Positions 9,689-18,827 of a DNA stretch of 64,000 nt are shown in pieces. Made by a program: the position numbers and the translations under genes. Position 1 is the stretch's first letter; the number at the start of each line of letters is the position of its first letter. Source of the DNA: Burkholderiales bacterium (GTDB taxonomy: Bacteria > Pseudomonadota > Gammaproteobacteria > Burkholderiales > Usitatibacteraceae); contig JBBRQA010000001.1 of NCBI GenBank assembly GCA_038227085.1, forward strand, positions 1,090 through 65,089. Direction: 5' to 3'. The notes under the pieces were generated by a model. The model saw only the letters and a list, made by a program, of their open reading frames with translations, did not search any database and was not told the DNA's origin.

Positions 9689-10467
9689 GGCCTCACCGCG
9701 CCCTCGCGCGGGGCGTCGTTGTTCTCCTGTTGTACGCATGGGGGGCCCACGCGGCCGCCGACGTGCCGGTACGCGCCACCACGGCGCTGCGCCTCGCGAC
9801 GCTCGCCGAGCGCATCGCCAAGCTGCACGCCCAGGTCGGGCAGGGCGTGCTCGCCGATCGCAGCCGCCGCGCGCTCGGCGAATCGGCGCGCGAGTTCGAC
9901 GCCACGCTGAAGGAGATCGCGGCGCACGCACCCACGCCGGAGCTGCGCGACAACTACGCGCTCCTCACGCTCCTCTGGCAGGACTACCGGGAATGGGCGG
10001 CACGCACGCCCACGCGCGACAACGCACGCAAGCTGAGGAGCCGCACCGAGGAGGTGGTGTGGATCGCGGCGAAGGGCGCGAAGCTCATCCAGGAGAATGC
10101 GCGCTCGGCCACCAACGCATCGGCGGTGCGCGCGGAAACCGCCGCCATGCTGGCGCAACGCATCGCCAAGGTGCATCTGTGGATGCGCTGGGAGATCCGC
10201 GACGACGCCCTCGTCCAGGAGTTGCGCGAGGCCGATGACAACCTGCACCGCACGCTGGAGACGCTGCGCAAGTCGCCCGGCGAGACCGAAGAGGTCGCCG
10301 CGGAGCTGCAATCGGTCGAGAGCCAGATGCGCTTCATGGACGACGCCGGGCGCTCGCTCGAGCGGCACGAATCGGGCACGCGCGCGATCGAGTTCATCGC
10401 CAAGACCGGCGACCACGTGTACGAATCGATGGAGCGCCTCGCGCGCCTCTACGAGGGCGGCCCCTGA
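9685..10467 (+). CDS. secreted all-helical protein with two PilJ/NarX-like four-helix-bundle repeats (function unknown)
   Basis: ATGA overlap with bufC. Signal peptide (VVVLLLYAWGAHA|AD). Two repeats share the L(A)xRIAK(L/V)H motif. No TM or transmitter domain. Confidence 0.6.
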   Translation: MRPHRALARGVVVLLLYAWGAHAAADVPVRATTALRLATLAERIAKLHAQVGQGVLADRSRRALGESAREFDATLKEIAAHAPTPELRDNYALLTLLWQDYREWAARTPTRDNARKLRSRTEEVVWIAAKGAKLIQENARSATNASAVRAETAAMLAQRIAKVHLWMRWEIRDDALVQELREADDNLHRTLETLRKSPGETEEVAAELQSVESQMRFMDDAGRSLERHESGTRAIEFIAKTGDHVYESMERLARLYEGGP

Positions 10468-10468
10468 T

Positions 10469-11320
10469 TCAGCCCTTCGCCGGGTTGCCCACGTCCATCA
10501 CGATGCGCCACTGCCCGGCCTGCATGCGCCAGACGCGCAGGAAATAGCCGAGCGGCTTGCCGGGCTCCGAGAGCGACGCGTAGCTGCCGCGCGCGTAGCC
10601 GAAGTCGCGCGAGCGCGAGATCTCGGTGCGATCGATCACCCACGCATGCCTGGTCTCGGCCATCGCGGGCGAGGCGAGCGACGCGGCCTTGCCCACCGCC
10701 GGCGCGAAGCCGCTGCGGTAGAAGCGCATGCGCTCGGCGCCATGCTTCGCGTAGGCCGCGTGCGGCCCTTGGGCGTGCGCGTCGGAGACGAAGTCGAGCT
10801 CGGCGCCCTCGATGCCGCGCGCCGCGGGCCCGGCGCTTGCCGAGGGCGCGGAGGTGTCGAGCGGCGCATCCCAGAGCGCATTGCCGGAATGTTCGATACC
10901 CAGGTCCACCGCGACCTTCCAGGGGCCGGCGGCTTCGCGTCGCCACACCGACACGTACTGGCCGAACGCGGGTGGCGTCGCGGGCTTGTCCTTGCTGGTC
11001 ACTTTCCACGGGCCCGTGGACAGCCCCAATTCCCCGGAGGCGGCGACCTCGGCGTGCACCGGGCGCCAGTCGAGCACGATGGGCGGCGCCGGCTGGTTCC
11101 TGAGGAAATCATTGCTGACGGCCCAGCCGTTCCCCACGAACACCCCGTCGTCGGCGAAGTTGGCGAGGAACGCGGCGCGCATGTCCTCGCGCACCGAGAG
11201 GGCCGCGAAGGCGCTTTCCGCCGCGGCGAGCGAGGCGGCGTCGTCCATGGAGGCGGGAGGAGTGGGTTGCTGCGCGCAGCCCGTGACGGCGATCACGGCG
11301 ATCAGGAGGGCCTTTCGCAT
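10469..11320 (-). CDS. lipoprotein with tandem SnoaL/DUF4440-like (NTF2 fold) domains
   Basis: Lipobox AVTGC. Two repeats end in ...GQYVSVWRREAAGPWKVAVD and ...GYFLRVWRMQAGQWRIVMD. Confidence 0.65.
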   Translation of the reverse strand: MRKALLIAVIAVTGCAQQPTPPASMDDAASLAAAESAFAALSVREDMRAAFLANFADDGVFVGNGWAVSNDFLRNQPAPPIVLDWRPVHAEVAASGELGLSTGPWKVTSKDKPATPPAFGQYVSVWRREAAGPWKVAVDLGIEHSGNALWDAPLDTSAPSASAGPAARGIEGAELDFVSDAHAQGPHAAYAKHGAERMRFYRSGFAPAVGKAASLASPAMAETRHAWVIDRTEISRSRDFGYARGSYASLSEPGKPLGYFLRVWRMQAGQWRIVMDVGNPAKG

Positions 11321-11355
11321 GGGCTCATTCTAGGACCCGGCGCAAGGCCCGTTCG

Positions 11356-12714
11356 TTACAAAACGTACCGGGCCAGGTCTTCGCTCGCGGCGAGGTCGGC
11401 GAGGCGCCCGTCCACGTAGGCGGCGTCGATGGTCACGCGCCCGCTCGTGCGCCCGGCGTCGAAGGAGACTTCCTCGAGGAGCTTCTCCATGACGGTGTGG
11501 AGCCGGCGCGCGCCGATGTTCTCGGTGCGCTCGTTCACGGAGAAGGCGATTTCCGCCAGCCGGCGCACGCCCTCGGGGGTGTACACCAGCTCGACGCCCT
11601 CGGTGGCGAGGAGCGCCTGGTACTGGCGCGTGAGGCAGGCGTCGGTGGCGGTGAGGATGCGCTCGAAGTCTTCCACCGAGAGATTGGAGAGCTCGACGCG
11701 GATCGGCAGGCGCCCCTGCAGCTCGGGAATGAGGTCCGACGGCTTCGACAAATGAAATGCGCCGCTCGCGATGAAGAGGATGTGGTCGGTGCGGATCATT
11801 CCGTACTTGGTGGTCACCGCGGTGCCCTCGATCAGCGGCAGCAGGTCGCGCTGCACGCCCTGGCGCGAGACATCGGCGCCCTGCATCTCGCCGCGGCTCG
11901 CGATCTTGTCGATCTCGTCGATGAACACGATGCCGTCCTGCTCGACCGAGGTGAGCGCCTTGAAGCGGATCTCCTCCTCGTTCACGAGCTTGAACGCCTC
12001 CTCGTCGGTGACCAGCCGTAGCGCTTCCCTGATGCGCAAGGTGCGGCGCGTCCTGCGCGCGCCGCCCATGTTGGCGAACATGCCCTGGATCTGGCTGGTG
12101 AGCTCCTCCATGCCGGGAGGGGCGAGGATCTCCATGTTGCCCTGACCCTGCGCCACGTCGATCTCGATCTCCTTGTCGTCGAGCTTGCCCTCGCGCAGCA
12201 TCTTGCGGAAGCGCTGGCGGGTGGAGTTGGCATCGTGGTCGCTGGCCGCGGGCACGCCCGGCAGCAGCGCGTCGAGCACGCGGTCTTCCCCCGCGTCCTC
12301 GGCGCGGGGGCGCACCTTGCCCATCTCGCGCTCGCGCGTCGTCTTGATCGCGATCTCCACCAGGTCGCGCACGATGGAATCCACGTCGCGCCCCACGTAG
12401 CCCACCTCGGTGAACTTGGTCGCCTCGACCTTGATGAAGGGTGCCCCGGCGAGACGCGCAAGGCGCCGCGCGATCTCGGTCTTGCCCACGCCCGTGGGCC
12501 CGATCATGAGGATGTTCTTCGGCGTGATCTCGGTGCGCAGCGGTTCCGCTACCTGCGAGCGGCGCCAGCGGTTGCGCAGCGCGATCGCCACCGCGCGCTT
12601 GGCCTCGCCCTGGCCGACGATATGCTTGTCGAGCTCGTGCACGATCTCCTGCGGCGTCATCATCGACGCCCCCTCGGCGGGCGCGCTGCTCGGCATGGGC
12701 GTGACGTCGGCCAT
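11356..12714 (-). CDS. hslU: ATP-dependent protease ATPase subunit HslU
   Basis: [16 protein letters not shown], Walker [16 protein letters not shown] and DEIDKI. Start chosen at MADV, just downstream of the hslV stop. Confidence 0.95.
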   Translation of the reverse strand: MADVTPMPSSAPAEGASMMTPQEIVHELDKHIVGQGEAKRAVAIALRNRWRRSQVAEPLRTEITPKNILMIGPTGVGKTEIARRLARLAGAPFIKVEATKFTEVGYVGRDVDSIVRDLVEIAIKTTREREMGKVRPRAEDAGEDRVLDALLPGVPAASDHDANSTRQRFRKMLREGKLDDKEIEIDVAQGQGNMEILAPPGMEELTSQIQGMFANMGGARRTRRTLRIREALRLVTDEEAFKLVNEEEIRFKALTSVEQDGIVFIDEIDKIASRGEMQGADVSRQGVQRDLLPLIEGTAVTTKYGMIRTDHILFIASGAFHLSKPSDLIPELQGRLPIRVELSNLSVEDFERILTATDACLTRQYQALLATEGVELVYTPEGVRRLAEIAFSVNERTENIGARRLHTVMEKLLEEVSFDAGRTSGRVTIDAAYVDGRLADLAASEDLARYVL

Positions 12715-12716
12715 CG

Positions 12717-13262
12717 TCACAGGGACTCGATCACGTGATTCTGGTTGGTGTAGATGCACAGCTCGCCCGCTATGGCGAGCGACTTCTTCACCACTTCCGC
12801 GGGCTCGAGCGCGGAATTCTCGAGGAGAGCCATCGCCGCGGCCTGCGCATAGCCCCCGCCGCTGCCGATCGCGAGCAGGCCATGCTCGGGCTCGAGCACG
12901 TCGCCGGTGCCGGTGATGATGAGGGACACCTCCTTGTCGGCGATCGCCAGCATCGCCTCCAGGCGGCGCAGCATCCGGTCGGTGCGCCAGTCCTTTGCGA
13001 GCTCCACCGCGGAGCGCAGCAGGTTGCCCTGGTGCTTCTCGAGCTTCGCCTCGAAGCGCTCGAAGAGGGTGAAGGCGTCGGCGGTGGCGCCGGCGAAACC
13101 GGCGAGGATGCGGTCGTGGTAGATGCGCCGCACCTTGCGCGCGGTAGCCTTCACGACGATGTTGCCGAGCGTGACCTGGCCGTCGCCGCCCATGGCGACG
13201 CGTTCGCCGCGGCGCACCGACAGGATGGTGGTGCCGTGGAATTGCGCGGGTTCGGAGCTCAT
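12717..13262 (-). CDS. hslV: ATP-dependent protease subunit HslV
   Basis: [10 protein letters not shown]...GGDGQVT with the N-terminal Thr nucleophile context. Full length, 181 aa. Confidence 0.97.
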   Translation of the reverse strand: MSSEPAQFHGTTILSVRRGERVAMGGDGQVTLGNIVVKATARKVRRIYHDRILAGFAGATADAFTLFERFEAKLEKHQGNLLRSAVELAKDWRTDRMLRRLEAMLAIADKEVSLIITGTGDVLEPEHGLLAIGSGGGYAQAAAMALLENSALEPAEVVKKSLAIAGELCIYTNQNHVIESL

Positions 13263-13328
13263 CGGAATGGCTATATCAGGCGGAGCGGGGGCCCGCGCGG
13301 GGAAATCGAAAATAGGTGCCGGGGTATT

Positions 13329-14468
13329 TCAGGTGGACTTGCGGCGCACCAGGATCGCGTAACGATTGACACCCATCGCCTCGAGAAGTGCCGCGTTGAG
13401 CTCATTGAGATTCGCGAGGATCACGCGCTTGCCGGCCAGCTGGATCGCCTTCACCACGTCAAAGAACGCCGCGGTGTAGCCGAACTCCACGCGCAGCACC
13501 TTGGCCATGTCGACCACCACCTCGGTGCGCGTCGCCGCCACCGCGTTCAGCTCCGCGATCTGGTTGGCGCTGGACGGCGAGATCACGCCCTTCAGCTCGT
13601 AGCCTACTTCCGGCGGCATAGGTGCCGCGGCAGCGGTCTTGGCGGCGGAGGTCGCCTTGGCCGCGTCAGACGCGACCTTGTTCACGTAGACCTCCCAGTT
13701 GGGCGGCGACATCTCGAAGGCAACGGCGAATTCCAGGCCGAGCTCCTCGAACTCGTCCATCTTGCCGAGCAGGATGTAGATCTCGAAGAGGAGCAGCCAG
13801 TACGGGCGCTGCTCGGTCGACGGGCTCTCGTTGAAGGCGGCGCGCAGCACCTGCACCAGCCCCTCGAAGTTGTTGAACCACATGGACGTCTTCTTCTTGC
13901 GAAGTCGGCCCAGTGCGTTTGCGAGCAGCAATGCCTCGTCGTGGGAGATCGCCGTGACCTTCGCCACGTCGAGGCGCACCGTGCCCTGGCTCTCGGCCAC
14001 CGCGAGGAACTTCTCGATCTCCCCGGCGAGCTCGCCGCTGGGCGTGGCCTTCAGCGTGAAGAAATCCTTGCGGTCGCGGCTTTGGTTGCGGCGCGGGTCG
14101 TTGGCCGCGTCCCCGCCATCGGTCCACACCGGCGGCGACTGCTCGAACTTGACCGTGAAGAGCATCGACAGGGAGTCGAACTCCTGGCGGTCCTGCGCGA
14201 CCTGGTAGAGGTCGAACAACATCAGCCATGCCTGCTTGTTGTTGCGCCCGACCGCGTCCTTGATTTCCCAGCGCAGCAGAGCCGCGGCGGCCTCGACGTG
14301 GTTGGCGGAGTAGAGGATGGCGGCTTCCTGCGCGGTGGGCAGGACGCCGGAGTTGTATTCCTCGGAGCCGAGGCGGCCCGCGGGCCGCGCCGGGCGGATG
14401 GGGCTGGGGGAGTTGGCGCCGACCGCGGAAGTTGCCACCGTGGCCTTAGTGCGAAACCGCGTTGGCAT
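13329..14468 (-). CDS. tandem (helical module + STAS domain) x2 protein
   Basis: Internal duplication (…WLMLFDLYQV…FEQSPPVW / …WLLLFEIYIL…FEMSPPNW), each copy followed by a STAS-like segment. An alternative GTG start at 14438 would avoid the overlap with the upstream gene. Confidence 0.65.
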   Translation of the reverse strand: MPTRFRTKATVATSAVGANSPSPIRPARPAGRLGSEEYNSGVLPTAQEAAILYSANHVEAAAALLRWEIKDAVGRNNKQAWLMLFDLYQVAQDRQEFDSLSMLFTVKFEQSPPVWTDGGDAANDPRRNQSRDRKDFFTLKATPSGELAGEIEKFLAVAESQGTVRLDVAKVTAISHDEALLLANALGRLRKKKTSMWFNNFEGLVQVLRAAFNESPSTEQRPYWLLLFEIYILLGKMDEFEELGLEFAVAFEMSPPNWEVYVNKVASDAAKATSAAKTAAAAPMPPEVGYELKGVISPSSANQIAELNAVAATRTEVVVDMAKVLRVEFGYTAAFFDVVKAIQLAGKRVILANLNELNAALLEAMGVNRYAILVRRKST

Positions 14469-14946
14469 TGGTCAGGCGGTAGTACACGACGTCGTCGTCG
14501 AGCACCGCCATGCGGCCCGCGACCACGATCGGTTCGTAGGTGAACTCGACCGCGTTGTCCGCGACCACTTCCACCATCGATTCCGGCCCGCCCGGCATGC
14601 AGAACGGGCAGTGCGGGGGGAACGACGCGAGCAGGAAGCGCTTCTGCATGCGCGTCTGCTCGAGCGGCATCATGAAGCCGTAGATCTTCACCTGCTTCTT
14701 GTCGAGGCTGCGGATTTCGCGCGTGAACACCGGGCCGAACTTCTTGTCGGCGCGCTGCACGGTCTTGGCTTCCTGCAGGAGTTGCCACGGTACGGTGCCG
14801 GCGGGTTGCGCCTCGGTGCCGCCGCCCGGCACCTGCAGGCCCTTGGGCGCCTCGGGCGCTTGCGCGGCGGCGGGCAACGCGCCCACGCCGACGCCCAGCG
14901 CCAGCGCGCCGAGAAGGATTGCGAATGTGCGCAGCATTTTCTTCAT
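14446..14946 (-). CDS. DUF3299 domain periplasmic protein
   Basis: Signal peptide MKKMLRTFAILLGALALG.... Motifs VKIYGFMMPL and FPPHCPFCMPGG. Last gene of the ABC cluster. Confidence 0.75.
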   Translation of the reverse strand: MKKMLRTFAILLGALALGVGVGALPAAAQAPEAPKGLQVPGGGTEAQPAGTVPWQLLQEAKTVQRADKKFGPVFTREIRSLDKKQVKIYGFMMPLEQTRMQKRFLLASFPPHCPFCMPGGPESMVEVVADNAVEFTYEPIVVAGRMAVLDDDVVYYRLTNANAVSH

Positions 14947-14972
14947 CGCTTTTTGCCTTCGAGCGTCGCGGC

Positions 14973-16154
14973 TCATCGCTTCAGGAGGATCGCCGGATCG
15001 CGGCGGTACGCCTGGAAGGCCGGGATGAGGCAGGTGGCGGCGCCGGCGGCGAGCACCGCGAGCGCGATCCAGCCTTCCGCCGGTTGCCACGCGAAGCCGG
15101 TAATGCTCCAGGCGTTCGTGCGGGCGATCCAGCTTCCCAGGACCCCTGCGGCCACATGCCCGAGGACCAGACCCAGTATAACTCCCGTCCCCACGAGCGT
15201 CACGCCTTCCGCGGCCACCAGCGCGAAGAGCGCCGCAGGCCGGGCGCCCAGCGCGCGCAGCAGCGCGAGGTCATAGCGGCGCTCCTGCAGCGCCGCCATG
15301 AGCGCGGCGAACATCGAGATCGCGGCGGTCGCCATCAGCACCAGCGCGAAGATCCGCAACACGTCGACGCCGACGCCGACGAGGTTCATGAGGCGCGCCA
15401 TCTCGAAGGCGGGCGCGGCCGCCTGCATCGACGTGGTCGCGTTCACCTGGCGCGGCATGAGCGCCGCGGCAAGCGGCGTGCGGTATTTCACCAGGAGCGC
15501 CGTGATTTCGCGATCGTCGTTGCCCGCGGCTTGCGGCTCGCTATGCCCGGCGTGCACTTGCCAGACGCTTTCGAGCGGCGTGACCACGAGCCGGTCGATC
15601 ACCGCCCCCGTGGGCGCGAGGACGCCGACCACGCGATAGGCGTGGCCTTCGTGCGCGGTGCCGGCGTTGCCGAGCCCGTGCGAGCCGACCAGCTCGGCTC
15701 CGGTGCCGAGCGAAAAACGGCGCGCGACCTCGGCGCCGATGACCGCTTCCATGGGCGCTTCGAACACGCGGCCCTGCGCGACGCGCGCGCCGTAGAGCGC
15801 GAGGTAGCTCGCGTCGGTGCCGACGATGCGATGGCCGCGAAAGGTGTCCCCGATGGAGATCGGCGTGGCGGAGGCGACCATCGGATTGGCGGCGACCTTG
15901 CGCGCCTCGGCGAGCGGGATGTTGCCCGTGGGTACGTCGACCTGCAGAACCGAGGAGAGGATCAGTTGCAGGGGGCTGCCCTTGGCGCCGACGACGAGAT
16001 CCACCGGGCTCGCGTCCCGCGCGAGGCGCTCCTCGGCCTGCGTGGTGAAGAGGAGGAGGAGCACCACCGTGCCCACGCCGATCGCGAGGAGGAGCACGTT
16101 GAGCGCGGTAGCGAGCGGGCGCGCCGCGAGATAGGCCCATGCGAGGCGCAGCAT
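14973..16154 (-). CDS. ABC transporter permease, FtsX/MacB-like
   Basis: N-terminal TM helix, a large periplasmic domain and a C-terminal FtsX-type 3-TM bundle (…LRALGARPAALF…). Confidence 0.85.
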   Translation of the reverse strand: MLRLAWAYLAARPLATALNVLLLAIGVGTVVLLLLFTTQAEERLARDASPVDLVVGAKGSPLQLILSSVLQVDVPTGNIPLAEARKVAANPMVASATPISIGDTFRGHRIVGTDASYLALYGARVAQGRVFEAPMEAVIGAEVARRFSLGTGAELVGSHGLGNAGTAHEGHAYRVVGVLAPTGAVIDRLVVTPLESVWQVHAGHSEPQAAGNDDREITALLVKYRTPLAAALMPRQVNATTSMQAAAPAFEMARLMNLVGVGVDVLRIFALVLMATAAISMFAALMAALQERRYDLALLRALGARPAALFALVAAEGVTLVGTGVILGLVLGHVAAGVLGSWIARTNAWSITGFAWQPAEGWIALAVLAAGAATCLIPAFQAYRRDPAILLKR

Positions 16155-16156
16155 GC

Positions 16157-16783
16157 TCACAGCTCGAGCCTCCTCGGGAAGCGATCGCGGATGCGTTGGT
16201 CGTGCGTTGCGATGACCAGCGTCGCGCCGCACGCCGCGGCCTGGCCGGTGAGGAGCGCGAGCGCCTTTTCGCAATTGGCGTCGTCGAGCGCGGAGGTGGG
16301 TTCGTCGGCGAGGATCAGGCGTGGCCGGTTGACCACCGCGCGCGCGATCGCCACGCGCTGCGCTTCGCCCACGGAAAGGTCGCGGGCCTTGCTCCGCGCG
16401 AGCGAGGCGATGCCCAGGCTCGCGACGCACGCGTCGATCGCGCCGTCGTCACGCGCCAGCCCCGCGAGGCGCTGCGCGATGCGCAAGTTGTCGCGCACGC
16501 TCACCACGCCGATGAGATGCAGCGTCTGCGGCACGAGCCCGATGTGGCGCGCGCGAAAGGCGTCGCGATCGAGCGCGCCGAGCGCCGAGATCTCCTGACC
16601 CCCCACGCTGACGGCGCCGCCGCTCGCGGACACGAGGCCGGCGATGATGCCGATCAGCGTGCTCTTGCCGCTGCCCGACGGGCCGATGACGAGGCTCGCC
16701 TCCCCCTTCGGCACGCTCCACTCCTCGACCTGCAGGACGGTTCGCCCGGCATATTCGTGACGTAGCCCACGGATTTCCAACAC
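16157..16783 (-). CDS. ABC transporter ATP-binding protein
   Basis: Walker A GPSGSGKST, signature LSVGEAQRVAIARA, Walker B LILADEPTSALD. GTG (16783) or TTG (16780) start. Confidence 0.9.
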   Translation of the reverse strand: MLEIRGLRHEYAGRTVLQVEEWSVPKGEASLVIGPSGSGKSTLIGIIAGLVSASGGAVSVGGQEISALGALDRDAFRARHIGLVPQTLHLIGVVSVRDNLRIAQRLAGLARDDGAIDACVASLGIASLARSKARDLSVGEAQRVAIARAVVNRPRLILADEPTSALDDANCEKALALLTGQAAACGATLVIATHDQRIRDRFPRRLEL

Positions 16784-16806
16784 TGGTGCGTAGCCTTTGC
16801 AATCCT

Positions 16807-17802
16807 CTAAGCGACGCAGTAAGTCAGGCCTTCCTCGAAGAGCCGGCGCGGGAGCTTGCGGCCGATGAACACCATCACGCTCTCGCGCTTCTCGCCCGCT
16901 TCCCATGGCTTGCCGGGCGTACCGCCCATCAGCATGTGCACGCCCTGGAAGATCATGCGGCGCGGCTCGCCCTGGACGTTGAGGACTCCCTTGTAGCGCA
17001 GCAGCTCCTCGCCGTAGTTCTGCACCATGAGCGAGAGGAAGGTCTCGATCTTCTCCATGTTGAGCGGGCGCACGTCCTTCCACACGAACGACTTCACGTC
17101 GTCGTCGTGCACGTGGTCATCGCTCTCGAGGAAAGCGGGATCGACCTCCAGCACGGCATTGAGGTTGAACCCGCGGATGTCGAGGATCTCCTTGATGTCG
17201 GCTTCGCCCATGTGCACCTTGCTCTGGTGCGCGCGCGGGTTCATCTGGCGCAGGCGCTTCACCAGCTCTTCGACCTTGTCGTCTTCCACGAGGTCGGTCT
17301 TGGAGAGGAGGATGCGGTCGGCGAAGCCCACCTGGCGGCGCGCCTCGTCGTGGTCGTCGAGCGTCTTCTGCGCATGCTTTGCGTCCACCACGGTCACCAC
17401 GGCGTCGAGCAGGTACTGGTCGTGGATCGACTCGTCCATGAAGAACGTCTGCGCGACCGGGCCGGGATTGGCGAGCCCGGTGGTCTCGATGATGACGCGG
17501 TCGAACTTGAGCTTGCCCTCCCTCCTCTTCTTGCCCAGGTCGCCGAGGATGCGCACCAGGTCGCCGCGCACCGTGCAGCAGACGCACCCGTTGTTCATCT
17601 CGACGATCTGCTCCTGCTTGTCCTTCACCAGGATGTCGTTGTCGATGCCGGTCTCGCCGAACTCGTTCTCGATCACCGCGATCTTCTCGCCGTGCTGCTC
17701 GGTGAGGATGCGGTTCAGGAGGGTCGTCTTCCCCGCGCCCAGGAAGCCGGTGAGGATGGTGACGGGGATCAAGTCTTTGTCGGCGGGTGCGGCGGAAGCC
17801 AT
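16807..17802 (-). CDS. COG0523 (CobW/YjiA/ZigA-like) metallochaperone GTPase
   Basis: P-loop GFLGAGKTTLLN, CxCC motif GCVCCTV and an acidic/His linker ESDDHVHDDDV before the C-terminal domain. Confidence 0.9.
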   Translation of the reverse strand: MASAAPADKDLIPVTILTGFLGAGKTTLLNRILTEQHGEKIAVIENEFGETGIDNDILVKDKQEQIVEMNNGCVCCTVRGDLVRILGDLGKKRREGKLKFDRVIIETTGLANPGPVAQTFFMDESIHDQYLLDAVVTVVDAKHAQKTLDDHDEARRQVGFADRILLSKTDLVEDDKVEELVKRLRQMNPRAHQSKVHMGEADIKEILDIRGFNLNAVLEVDPAFLESDDHVHDDDVKSFVWKDVRPLNMEKIETFLSLMVQNYGEELLRYKGVLNVQGEPRRMIFQGVHMLMGGTPGKPWEAGEKRESVMVFIGRKLPRRLFEEGLTYCVA

Positions 17803-17806
17803 GGGT

Positions 17807-18823
17807 CTACCTCGGGATTGTCGCGGGATTGCTGGTGAAGGATTCCAGTATGCGGGCGACCGCCGCTTCTTCAAGGCCGCGCCCGATGAAAACGATGCGG
17901 GTCGACCGGTCGGCGTCGGGCCAGGCGGCGAGCCGAGCCGGAGGATACAACGCGTGCTGGACCGCGTGCACCGCCCTGGGGCCGGGCTCGCCGGCCACGT
18001 TCACCAGGCCCTTCACGCGCAGCACGCGGTCACCCAGGAGGTCCAGGAGCGTCTCCAACCCCCTTTCGAGGTCCTCCCACCCGAGCGGCTCCTCCGCGCG
18101 CCAGACGAAGCTGGAAATGGCGGGGTCGTGCGGAGGGTGCGGATCGCCCACGCGCCGGTACGCGCCCGCGGAAAGCCAGCCTGCCGCGTCCGCGATCCCG
18201 CCGGGGCGGAAGAGGCCCGCGTCGAAGAGGAGGGCGGGATCGATGTCGCCCAGCACCGCGCGGTGGATGCGGGCCCCCGGATTGAGGGCGGCGAGGCGCG
18301 CCTCGAGCGCGTCGACGCTGCTCGCGCGGTCGCTCTTGGTGATCACGATCCGGTCGGCGAGGGCGGCCTGTTTCACGGCCTCGGGCTGCGCGTCGAGCGT
18401 CGCCATGCCGTGCTCGGCGTCCACCGTGGTGACCACGCCCGCGAGGGAATAGCGGGCCGCGAGCAACGGCAGCTCGATAAGGGACGCGAGGATCGGCGTG
18501 GGATCGGCAAGGCCGGTGGTCTCGATGACGACGCGCTTGAAGTCGCCGACCGCGCCGGTAGAGCGCTGCAGATGCAATTCGCGCAACGCACGGATGAGAT
18601 CTCCCGACGCGCGGCAGCAGATGCATCCGCCGGGCAGGACCACGATGTCCTCCGTGGCGTTCCTCACCCGGAGATGGTCGATCGCGACGTCGCCGAACTC
18701 GTTCACGATCACCGCCGTGTCCGCGAAGCGCGGGTCGGCGAGCATGCGGTTCAGGAGCGTGGTCTTGCCGCTGCCGAGAAAGCCGGTGAGCACCGTGACC
18801 GGCGTGATGATGCTCGAGGCCAC
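17807..18823 (-). CDS. COG0523 family GTPase, second paralog
   Basis: GFLGSGKTTLLN and GCICCRA. It lacks the His/Asp-rich linker. GTG start 4 nt after the xerC stop. Confidence 0.85.
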   Translation of the reverse strand: MASSIITPVTVLTGFLGSGKTTLLNRMLADPRFADTAVIVNEFGDVAIDHLRVRNATEDIVVLPGGCICCRASGDLIRALRELHLQRSTGAVGDFKRVVIETTGLADPTPILASLIELPLLAARYSLAGVVTTVDAEHGMATLDAQPEAVKQAALADRIVITKSDRASSVDALEARLAALNPGARIHRAVLGDIDPALLFDAGLFRPGGIADAAGWLSAGAYRRVGDPHPPHDPAISSFVWRAEEPLGWEDLERGLETLLDLLGDRVLRVKGLVNVAGEPGPRAVHAVQHALYPPARLAAWPDADRSTRIVFIGRGLEEAAVARILESFTSNPATIPR

Positions 18824-18827
18824 GCTT

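Noticed and set aside
16784-16806. Zur box or internal promoter between the COG0523 genes and the ABC genes, and at 18824-18827.
   Set aside because: The gaps are 23 nt and 4 nt and GC-rich, with no AT-rich palindrome resembling GTTATA-N-TATAAC. This is recorded as an absence, not as a feature.
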